From NCBI GenBank assembly GCA_000004985.1, contig GG738899.1: a stretch of DNA of 64,000 nucleotides; one strand, written 5' to 3'. Below, one piece after another: positions 45,681-54,915 of this stretch; position 1 is the stretch's first letter; each line of letters starts with the position of its first letter. Both the position numbers and the translations under genes were made by a program. The notes under the pieces were generated by a model. It was not told where the DNA came from. It made no database searches and saw only the letters and a list, made by a program, of their open reading frames with translations. The stretch is from Naegleria gruberi. Its lineage: Eukaryota.

Positions 45681-46019
45681 GAGTTTTAGCATTTAGTAAT
45701 AAATTGCCTTTTTCTCCAATCTTTCAACAGTACATAACAATCGGGGATGATTCTTAACAAGTTTGAATCAATATCTATCAATATCTATCAATATCTCAAA
45801 TTGAATCAATCTTCAATAACCATATGGTAAAGTATTATTTTTTATTTTAACAAAAATTCAGTAAGGATTTTGAGGCGCTTGTTACCATTGTTGATTTTCT
45901 TGATGACTGCTTTCTATCATTGATTAGCGTTTTCAGAGGCGATACTAGAAATGATATTGAAGACAATGATTTATAATAAGGAAACAATACAAAAAGTTGA
46001 AGGAGAAACAAGCAAAAGT

Positions 46020-46100
46020 TGCAGAAGGTGGGATTTGAACCCACGAAGCTTGCGCAGTAGAACTTGAGTCTACCCCCTTTGACCACTCGGGAACCCCTGC
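46020..46100 (-). tRNA. tRNA-Leu (anticodon CAA), class II with long variable arm
   Basis: Reverse complement GCAGGGGTTCCCGAGTGGTCAAAGGGGGTAGACTCAAGTTCTACTGCGCAAGCTTCGTGGGTTCAAATCCCACCTTCTGCA. D-loop GAGTGGTCAAA, anticodon loop CTCAAGT, T-arm GTGGGTTCAAATCCCAC. The acceptor stem has two G-U pairs. Confidence 0.7.
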
Positions 46101-47303
46101 TTCATATAATCTTATAAACCTGGTTGTTCACTTTGAATATACCAACATTCTGTATTTTCAAGTTAGCCCATTGCTCACCTTAGCATCTTATTTTCATTAT
46201 CTTCCACAATATTCTTTATCATCTTTATTCGCCTTGAAACCAATCCTTAATTTATTCTCCCAGCTTATTCAACTATTTTCTTGAATTGAATTTCCAATTT
46301 TCCCAATTTTTTAACCATAACTTTTCCTCGCAACATTTCACACTTTCACAACCAATATAACATCATTGAGGATGCAAGATTGAAAAAACCATTGACTGTA
46401 CTTCTACAGGATCTTTTCTGTAGGAATACATAAACTCGACTTTTTTGAGTCAATCTGACCTTTGAGGTTAACCAAGATGAAGACTCTGTAGTCACATATC
46501 TTGAGCATGATATCGAACTGGAAACATGCTTCGTTGTAGGTTTCCTCGTTCATAGATGATTGCTGCATTCCTTACCAGCCATGGTTTGTGAATGGGGGAT
46601 TTGTGAACATGCAGATTGGTACCTTAAACTTTTTATCAATTAAAAGAAAAATATTACAACTATGCCCGAGAGCTGCCAATTAAACTCTATAACAAAACTT
46701 TCCTTTTATTATTAATCAACATGGCCCGTCGTATCTTCATTGCACTGTATTGGAGTTAGGGTTTTATTTTGTCTTGGAAAGCAAATATTTGAAGACTCAA
46801 ATTCGAAATTTGAAGGTTTATTGATCAACCACAAGTTTCTCTTTCTAAATAGATAAAATTCAAAGGTGATAAATATATGGTCACGTTGCAAGTTCTTCTA
46901 AACAATAACTTACTGAACCAACAATCAATAGATTCGTTGCCTTCACTGTTCATACAGTCAAAGACTGTAGCGGGATTGTCGCCATATTCCTGGCAGGCTT
47001 CCCGTCTAATTTACCAATTGAACAATATCACAACATATTCCCTTTTACTGTATTCCTGTAATAAGGGCAGTACATTGATGTAAAAGCTTTCTTAAAAGTT
47101 ATCAGGTTTCTCCTGTTGATTATTGTTTGATAAGAAATAATTACCATTAAGGCAAATTCATTTAAAATTACAATCCATTAGTTCCTGACAAATAACTATG
47201 CATGAATTTGTGACTTATGGCCAAACTGTAGGATAAAATCATTTTGTTAAAAAAAATGAAACATTTGGTGCAGATTTATATTGCAGAAATTAGGTTAATT
47301 GAT

Positions 47304-47421
47304 GGCTACGGCCATATCACGATGAATGCACCTCATCCCGTCCGATTTGAGAAGTTAAGCATCGTCGAGCCACATCAGTACTGAGGTTGGAGACAACTTG
47401 GGAACCTGTGGTGCTGTAGTC
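47304..47421 (+). rRNA. 5S ribosomal RNA gene (copy B)
   Basis: Identical to copy A apart from ~3 substitutions (cacgatGAatgc vs cacgatTCatgc). Followed by T7. Confidence 0.9.
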
Positions 47422-47428
47422 TTTTTTT
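47422..47428 (+). terminator. Pol III oligo-T terminator of 5S copy B
   Basis: TTTTTTT directly after the 5S 3' end. Confidence 0.7.
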
Positions 47429-47459
47429 CATATCAAAATTTGTTTTATTAAGCTTGCTA

Positions 47460-49901
47460 TTAAAGTAAGTCTTGAAGTGAATCACTGCAATTCTCCTCAG
47501 GCAACAATTGCAACAATCGTTTAGACCTTTCGAATAAATTTAGAACAATTGGCGAATCACTCCAAACATTAGCCAATCTTTCACACAAGCAATACAATTG
47601 GAAATAGTGCTGAGAGAACAACAAATCCCTTACCAGCAACAAATCCTTTTCCATCTTCTTCTCATATTCAGAGGCCTCATTCCTGAATGCTACTAAATTG
47701 TAAATGCAAGTTGAATTACTCTTTCCTCTCAATTTGAGTAGATCAACAAAGTGAAAGATAAATTCCTCCCTCACCTTATCAACAATCTCACCACTCACAA
47801 GGATGGAACCAAAGTTTTGAGCGAGTGATTGTAATCTTAATGCAATGTTACACTCGTCACCAATTACTGTAAATGACATTCTGCTCTTACTGCCCAAACA
47901 ACCAACAAGCATTTCACCACATGTAATTCCAATAGAAATATCCAATTGAATACCCATTAGAATCTTCCATTTAGAGTTCAAATCCTCAATTACTTCCATG
48001 CATTCAATGGCAGTTTTACAAGCTCTTGATTCATGATTTGCACATCTGAATGATTTTTCATTCCAAAATACCATTACAGTACCCTCAATGAATTTATCAA
48101 TAATTCCACAATGGGCCTCAATGACCTGTGATATGGAGCTATAATATTCTGTAATGATTCGAATAAATGCTGTAGTTTCGGTCTTTTCAGAAAGTGTTGC
48201 AAAATTATTGATACCACAATACAGAACTGTCATGCTCGGTTCTAATTTCATACCAATTTTACCGTACTCTTGCTTATTTGAAACAATCATCTTGGCAATA
48301 ATGTGTGGAACATACTTGCTGAATGCAAATATTCCTCTTTGGGTGATTTGAATATTTTCGTCCATTTCCTTGATTTCACTGAAAATTGTAACATGTTTCT
48401 TGTATGGAGTTTCTAAACCTTTGAATGAAATGAGATGATTCATTTGCTTGGTAATGTCTATCAGTGGTTGATTAATTGATTGAACAACGCATAAAACAAT
48501 TAAGGTTTCTAATACAAAAAAAATGATAAATAAAATTACAGAAACAACACCAGAAGAAATGACCTCGGAGAAATATGTCTTCTCCAAACTCGTCGTGACC
48601 ACAGTGCATGTCAGATTGTAGGTATCCCTCACTGTTGAAACTTCTACAATTTTCCCCTTATAATGAAATATGTGAGATTCGTTTGCATTCAGATTCAAGT
48701 TGTTTAAATCAGAGCGATGAATTTCTTCAGAAATATCATCAATAGATGGATCGTTCTCACTGCTTCTTGCAAAAATACCTCCAGTTCCATTGATAATGAA
48801 TGAACTGTATAGAAGAGCTGTGGATGAGTTCGCAACATTGACATTTTGAATTTTGAATTCCAAAGCAACTATTCCAAATAAATAATCATTATGTGCACCC
48901 TTCATACGCTCTAATTCCTCAACTTGAATGGCATGAAGAGTGGAATTACCTCCTGACAATGTATAATTTCTTACTGGAATATGACTATATATGGGATAGA
49001 CAAAAAAAACTGAATATAAACCCTCCTCGTTCAAGGAAGCACTTGTCCAACATGGTCCAGCTACCTTCTTCGACTGCCTAATCTCTCTGTACCAATCACA
49101 ATCGGTTGGTGATGAATTAATTGACTGGTTTTCTGCCTTGCTGTCAACCAAATCTAAATCATCATATGACAACAGGTGTGAATTCGTATCTCTTATTCTA
49201 TACGTTAAACGAATATGCTCCTCTTCTGAAGAATTATTTGGAAACTTTCCAGTTTCGAACAAATTATGATTTTTAAATATCAAGTAATAATCGTCAAATC
49301 TTACAAATTGAATGGAAACTAGTTGAGTACTGGTAAGCATTCTGTCAGTGGCTCTTATTACTCGCATCCATTCAATTTGTTTGTCCAATTCCATCATTTT
49401 CCCAATAAATAAATTGTAAAACATCAAGTCAACCAGATTTCTAGCAGAATTGTGAATTTTCACAACTCTCATTCTCAATCTGTACGTAGTTTCCCATCTT
49501 TCATATCCACTTGTGCTTTTGTAAATCTCAGATCCACTTGAGAAGAGCAAAACGAAAGAAGCCAAAATTCCAAAGAATGTTTGAAACACAAACAAGACGA
49601 AAATTAAATTCATAATTCGGAAACCATATCTAGTGCAGTTTAGTCCACATTCTCCACATTTTGTTTGATGGTTCTTCTTCTTTGATTTCTTTAGAGACAA
49701 TATTTGACTTTTTGATTCAGTTTCGTTTGTTTCTTCTTTTGCATTGTAGCGATGAATTATTGGAAACTCATTACCATCATCGCTATCAAAATCAGATGAG
49801 AACGCATCCATGAAATCTAATCTAGACTGTTTTCTCATTTTCCCTCCTCCAATAATTGATTCTCTTCTGTTTTGATGTTTTCCATTCGTGTGTGAAAACA
49901 T
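47460..49901 (-). CDS. membrane class III adenylyl/guanylyl cyclase with extracellular sensor domain between two TM helices
   Basis: 813-aa ORF. TM1 'LIFVLFVFQTFFGILASFVLLF', a ~300-aa extracytoplasmic region, TM2 'VVSVILFIIFFVLETLIVLCVV', then a class III cyclase domain ('...FTVIGDECNIALRLQS...'). The topology is reminiscent of the dictyostelid osmosensing cyclase ACG and of bacterial sensor cyclases. Confidence 0.7.
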   Translation of the reverse strand: MFSHTNGKHQNRRESIIGGGKMRKQSRLDFMDAFSSDFDSDDGNEFPIIHRYNAKEETNETESKSQILSLKKSKKKNHQTKCGECGLNCTRYGFRIMNLIFVLFVFQTFFGILASFVLLFSSGSEIYKSTSGYERWETTYRLRMRVVKIHNSARNLVDLMFYNLFIGKMMELDKQIEWMRVIRATDRMLTSTQLVSIQFVRFDDYYLIFKNHNLFETGKFPNNSSEEEHIRLTYRIRDTNSHLLSYDDLDLVDSKAENQSINSSPTDCDWYREIRQSKKVAGPCWTSASLNEEGLYSVFFVYPIYSHIPVRNYTLSGGNSTLHAIQVEELERMKGAHNDYLFGIVALEFKIQNVNVANSSTALLYSSFIINGTGGIFARSSENDPSIDDISEEIHRSDLNNLNLNANESHIFHYKGKIVEVSTVRDTYNLTCTVVTTSLEKTYFSEVISSGVVSVILFIIFFVLETLIVLCVVQSINQPLIDITKQMNHLISFKGLETPYKKHVTIFSEIKEMDENIQITQRGIFAFSKYVPHIIAKMIVSNKQEYGKIGMKLEPSMTVLYCGINNFATLSEKTETTAFIRIITEYYSSISQVIEAHCGIIDKFIEGTVMVFWNEKSFRCANHESRACKTAIECMEVIEDLNSKWKILMGIQLDISIGITCGEMLVGCLGSKSRMSFTVIGDECNIALRLQSLAQNFGSILVSGEIVDKVREEFIFHFVDLLKLRGKSNSTCIYNLVAFRNEASEYEKKMEKDLLLVRDLLFSQHYFQLYCLCERLANVWSDSPIVLNLFERSKRLLQLLPEENCSDSLQDLL

Positions 49902-50165
49902 CTTTTTGTGAATTGTATTTTGTAAAAATTTCTTTTCTTATTGGAGTAATTCATCATTTTAGGATAGAGTTCATTGTTTAGAGTTTAAACCTATTTAACA
50001 ATATTCCATATAACACTAGATTCTTATGGATGTTCAATTAGTATTAATGCAGCTTTGGGAATTAGGTTCTTAGAATAGAAATTGGTTAGCACGTTTTAAA
50101 GAGAACATTGTAATAAAATAATTAATTCCGTGTATATATGGAAACTATTTTCATAATGAATAACA

Positions 50166-50237
50166 TCCCGTGTAGTCCAATGGCTAGGATACCTGGCTTT
50201 CACCCAGGAGGTCCGGGTTCAATTCCCGGCATGGGAG
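50166..50237 (+). tRNA. tRNA-Glu (anticodon TTC), copy 2
   Basis: 72/72 identical to copy 1. Shared immediate flanks: 'gaataac' upstream and 'gataattttgc.aagataatt' downstream. Confidence 0.9.
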
Positions 50238-51530
50238 GATAATTTTGCCAAGATAATTTTCTTTGAACAAGTATGAAGATTTTTGAGACATTGTTCTTAT
50301 TTGGAATGTTTTGAATACAAGATGTGAATCCTATTACTCTGATATGAAATTGAGCAAATTTCCAACAACTATTTTTGAGCATGTGGATATTAGCTGGCCT
50401 TGACCAGTTCAATGAAACGCATCTGGGTTTCCTCACTCAACACGCAGCAAAATCACTCACAATCAATTATTTGATGAGCATTCAACAGACCTTTGATTGC
50501 AACACCTCAAACCATTTCAACTTCCTTCACATACATCATGTACATCTACAATCAACAAGGTAGATCAACAAAGTGTTGAGGATAAGCAACAAGATGGTTC
50601 ACACTTCATAATCAACAAGACGAGTTTCATGATGCAGCCTTTTCAAAGTGGCCTTTCACATGTAAGGTTGGCGCTTGTAATTGAACTTCTAAAGTCTCTG
50701 AATGCAACAAGCAGATACTCAACATGCCATACATACAAATTTTTGCATCACTTGAATAACCTTTTCATTTGTCTATCAACACTCATGCGCTTCTTTTTTA
50801 TTGGTTATTGTTGGAAGAAAATTCCACGAGTGTAAGAGAGCCAAGTATAAAGGCAACCATACTACTATACATAATAATCTATTAAAACAATAGTTGATAA
50901 TGCCAAGCACTGTTCTAATATTCATGATGAGAGCAAGCCTTACACAATGAAGGAGTTGAACATTTTTAAATAAACTAGAAGCCAAGCATCAATGATGCCC
51001 AATATAATAACAATTCTTAAAGTTATTATTTATCCTGGAAGTTATTCATTATATTATGAAGGTATTTATTACTAAATATTACCTGAGAAAGATGATAAGT
51101 TGAGAAGGAATACAAGTTGAGGTGAGATCATCTCTCTCGGGTTGGTCTTCCAAAAATTGTTCCAATTCAATTTCCTTTTCATCATCTTTTGAAGAGAGAT
51201 GCAAAAAGGAATACTAGACATTTAACCATTTGCCAGGTTTTGAGATAATGGTGGGCTTAGAATTTAACGAAAAAGGTTTGCCTGTTGTTTGCCTTCTTGA
51301 TGTGTTTTGAAGCTATGGGAGTACACTACAATTTCCTTTTTGCTTAAAATTTTTATCTCAAAACGCGGCATGGGAATATCCTTTTCACTTTGAAATAGAA
51401 CGGTCATCTATTCTTCCTTAGAGACAACGCAGAATGGATATGTCAAGATTTGGAAAAGGTATGAACCTCTATTTAACTGTCTTACTCTAGAATGTAACAA
51501 TACACCAAAATTCAATAACAAAAAAACAAC

Positions 51531-52925
51531 ATGATAAGTGAATCGAGAGGAAGAGCACAATTTTTCATTGGCATATTGCAGTGGCCAGTTCTAGTGTGGG
51601 CAATTTTGAATTTAGCTACAGGAATACTGGGCATGATTGTGTATGGTGCATTTACAGCCAGTTATGGACCCGTCTATATTGTGAATCAATTTGTTGGCTT
51701 GTGGTTGTGTGTCTTATTGACCTTTTTTAGTGCACAAACAGTGTATATTGAATTGAAGCCAGGCGATTCGAGTGAGCGAAGAATTCTCAGAGTGATTACT
51801 TTGGTGGTGAACATTCTGTATTTTGGTGTCATCCTGGTTGGTTCATTCATTCTATTTGTGTTATATTCGAGAGCTGGAACTCGTCCTGATGCTATTGTCT
51901 GGACAATTTTGATTATGATTATTTGTTTGCTGAATGTTATTGCTTTGATTTGCAGATGGTATTCAAGTGTTGGAGCTGGAAAGGAATTCATTCCAGACGA
52001 ATCAAAATGTTTTCAACTCATTAAGGAAAAGTCTGCTGGTGCATCTGGTGTTAGCATGTGTTTGTACATTACTGCCATTGTGGTGAATGTATTGTTGAGA
52101 TTCATCTTTTTGATTTTCCTTGGATTGTTGATTAGTGGCAGTTCTGCTGCTTCTAATATTAAGAATTATCCAATGAAGGGAAAACTAATTTCAGTTCCAT
52201 TGAACGATGGTTCAGGAAGAAGTCAAAACATTCACTATTTGTGCGAGGGTCCAACTGAGGGAAATTCATTCACATTCCTCTTTGAAGGAGATTTCACACA
52301 TGGTTATGCTGATTATTATGATATTCAAAGATATTTGACAGCTCTTGGTCGTCGTTCTTGCATTTATGATAAACCAGGCTTAGGATATTCTGACTATTTG
52401 TACAAGGACCAAAAGGATGAATCTACATTTTACTACAACTTTTTAACGAGTATTGGAGAAAAGACTCCATATGTCATGGTTGGCTGGGGAGGTGGTGGAC
52501 ATATCATTTACAAATTTGCTTTGGAACATCCTGAACTAGTCAAGTCGCTCACTTTCCTAGATGTTTTCCCACCTGGAATTGAATTTACCTCAATGAAGGA
52601 TTTGAAAAATTGGAGTCAAGAGCAATTTAATACGTACAAGAACCAAGAATTGAGAGGAAGAAGAACCTTATTTGGAATTATCAATGGATTGGCAGTTCCG
52701 TGGGGACTCATGTCTATCTTTGTTGGATCATCATCCAATACCAGCAATGCAGATGAAATTACTTTCTGGATGAGCACTGAAAAGACATGGATTACTCAAT
52801 CATCAGTTCTCGATACAGCATATGCTGACACTGGATCCTATCTGAAACAAAATCTCACATCCACCATAAGTGTCAATTTGGTTGTTACCAAGCATGATGA
52901 TAATTGGGTCATTAAGAATAATTAG
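51531..52925 (+). CDS. polytopic membrane protein with C-terminal alpha/beta-hydrolase-like domain; the ORF probably continues to 53123 through an in-frame TAG
   Basis: 464-aa ORF with at least 6 predicted TM helices in the N-terminal half, then '...KTPYVMVGWGGGGHIIYKFALEHPELVKSLTFLDVFP' (hydrolase-like GxSxG-position motif). A 66-codon open frame follows the TAG at 52923-52925. Confidence 0.55.
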   Translation: MISESRGRAQFFIGILQWPVLVWAILNLATGILGMIVYGAFTASYGPVYIVNQFVGLWLCVLLTFFSAQTVYIELKPGDSSERRILRVITLVVNILYFGVILVGSFILFVLYSRAGTRPDAIVWTILIMIICLLNVIALICRWYSSVGAGKEFIPDESKCFQLIKEKSAGASGVSMCLYITAIVVNVLLRFIFLIFLGLLISGSSAASNIKNYPMKGKLISVPLNDGSGRSQNIHYLCEGPTEGNSFTFLFEGDFTHGYADYYDIQRYLTALGRRSCIYDKPGLGYSDYLYKDQKDESTFYYNFLTSIGEKTPYVMVGWGGGGHIIYKFALEHPELVKSLTFLDVFPPGIEFTSMKDLKNWSQEQFNTYKNQELRGRRTLFGIINGLAVPWGLMSIFVGSSSNTSNADEITFWMSTEKTWITQSSVLDTAYADTGSYLKQNLTSTISVNLVVTKHDDNWVIKNN

Positions 52926-53518
52926 GAAGGAGCCGATTCCACTAATTGTAAATTCGAAATTGAGAAGAATAGGTACTATCTCAACTCACAATTGAATATG
53001 ATTCCAAAACAGAATGGAGGATCCACAACTTATTGTACAGATGATGCTTGTGGACTTGCATATTACACATTTACAAATCCAAAGTACACAGCTGATACAT
53101 TGAACACACTTTATGCCAAATAAATTGTAAATAAATTGCCATCGATTATGTGTCATCTTTCAATCAGAAATCAAAAAAAATGAACACAATATCTACCTTC
53201 TCAGATCCATCTCATCAAAAATTATAGAATATTAATTTTAAATAATGAAAAATCATCATGAAATTAACCTCAAATTGAAGTGATAAGGAATACCGTAAAA
53301 TTTCACTCCGGAGTAAATATACTTCACAAACAGATACTTTCTCCAAGAGACGTTGAGCTGTGTGTTCCATAACTTAAAAGATCCAATGTTGCACTCCATG
53401 AATCAACGTTGCCAAAGTTCCTGACGCCATGAAACTATCCTTCGCTCAATCCTTAATTTTCCCTTAATTTTCCATTAAATCAAAAAAAATTGAAAATCAG
53501 GATTAATTATATTAACAT

Positions 53519-54904
53519 ATGCCAAGGATTGTGGATTCTCATCAAATACTTTTGAGTTTGATCTTGTTGGCCCTAATATTTCACATAGTAACTTGTTCAT
53601 CATCACAGCGGACACAGGATCATGAAGTGAAACGATGCATCAATTACTCACCCATCTTCTTCAATACTAAGAATATCGATGTTGCAGTGGCTTCCGAAGA
53701 AAATCACTACAAGATCCTTCTTCCCTATTTGAAACAGCATGGTGTAAATTGTATAAGATTGTACTTTACTGATTGGAGGAGGTATCATGCCGATTTCTTC
53801 AAAGTTGTGAACGAGTTACACATGAAGGTTATGATTACATTCTGGCAATACACTGATTCGACTCCAAATCTTGCAGATTCCAAGGAGAGACAAAAGACGC
53901 ATGATGATGCAGTCTTTTTGTTCAAGACAATTTCGACAGAACCTTCAGTTTTTATGATTTTCTATGGAAATGAATTGGATTTGATCTATCCCTATCAAAT
54001 TCCACTAGTTTTCGTTGCATTTCAGGAATTTATAGATTTGCAACGACAGGTAATTCCAGATCCAACGAAGAGAAAATCACTTTCTCTTCCATTATCTGAT
54101 TCTGGTTTTAATTTGAAATATGTTGCTGATTATGATTGGGTTCAAGCAGATTATAACACTTTTAACATTTATAGAGGTTCGACATTTCTTGACTTTGTGG
54201 AATCGTACAAGATGGTCAATCCGAGCAAACCTCTCATTATAGCCGAAACTGGTGCTTCTTCATACTATCAGTTTCCACATCAAATACCAAAACCTTATTA
54301 TGTTTACAATGCAAGTGATCCAAGTATTCAATTGGGAGAACGATATCAAGCCATGAATCATCAAAGAGTCTTGATGGAATATATTGCCTCTTCGGTGGTC
54401 AACCCAGGTTTATTGGATGTTTTATGTTTATTCGAAGCAACAGATGAATATTGGAAAACTTCAAATGATCTCAATCCATATTGTCAGTCAAGGGATGGTC
54501 ATTTAGCTTCAAGACAGAATACCTGCGGATATCAAAATGTTAATTACAAGGACAAGATGATTCATGAGGCATTTCTGGGTTTGATGCGTCAGGATTATTC
54601 GAAAGATGAATTTTCACTCATTCCAAAACCTTCATTCAATGTGATGAGTTTTTACTATAGAAGTATGGAGAATATCAGTCAGTGGTCATGTGAAATATCT
54701 CAGAGTGGCTGGAATTCAGACATTTTGAACACGAGAATAGTGCCAGATATTGTGTATAATGTTCCATACGAAACCTTACGATTATTTGAAACTGTATTTC
54801 AAACCAAGATTGGAGAGAAGATATTCACTTGTAAATTTAAAGGAAAAATGGAAATATTACAAGCCCTTCCTCTTAAAATGAATCTTTACAATTACCATAT
54901 ATAG
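53519..54904 (+). CDS. secreted clan GH-A glycoside hydrolase / transglycosylase (GH72- or GH17-like beta-1,3-glucan-active enzyme)
   Basis: Signal peptide 'ILLSLILLALIFHIVTCSSS'. '(K)QHGVNCIRLYF' (GvNxiRvY), 'MIFYGNELD' (acid/base NE) and 'LIIAETGASS' (nucleophile E) are spaced as in (beta/alpha)8 GH-A enzymes. Confidence 0.55.
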   Translation: MPRIVDSHQILLSLILLALIFHIVTCSSSQRTQDHEVKRCINYSPIFFNTKNIDVAVASEENHYKILLPYLKQHGVNCIRLYFTDWRRYHADFFKVVNELHMKVMITFWQYTDSTPNLADSKERQKTHDDAVFLFKTISTEPSVFMIFYGNELDLIYPYQIPLVFVAFQEFIDLQRQVIPDPTKRKSLSLPLSDSGFNLKYVADYDWVQADYNTFNIYRGSTFLDFVESYKMVNPSKPLIIAETGASSYYQFPHQIPKPYYVYNASDPSIQLGERYQAMNHQRVLMEYIASSVVNPGLLDVLCLFEATDEYWKTSNDLNPYCQSRDGHLASRQNTCGYQNVNYKDKMIHEAFLGLMRQDYSKDEFSLIPKPSFNVMSFYYRSMENISQWSCEISQSGWNSDILNTRIVPDIVYNVPYETLRLFETVFQTKIGEKIFTCKFKGKMEILQALPLKMNLYNYHI

Positions 54905-54915
54905 ATTTTACTGCT

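Noticed and set aside
45771-45800. Short tandem repeat (3 x 'tcaatatcta')
   Set aside because: It is a trivial 30-bp microsatellite-like repeat in the EF2-like 3' flank with no further structure.
50200-50436. 78-aa minus-strand ORF ending '...GIEPGPPG'
   Set aside because: It is the antisense translation of tRNA-Glu copy 2, so it is spurious.
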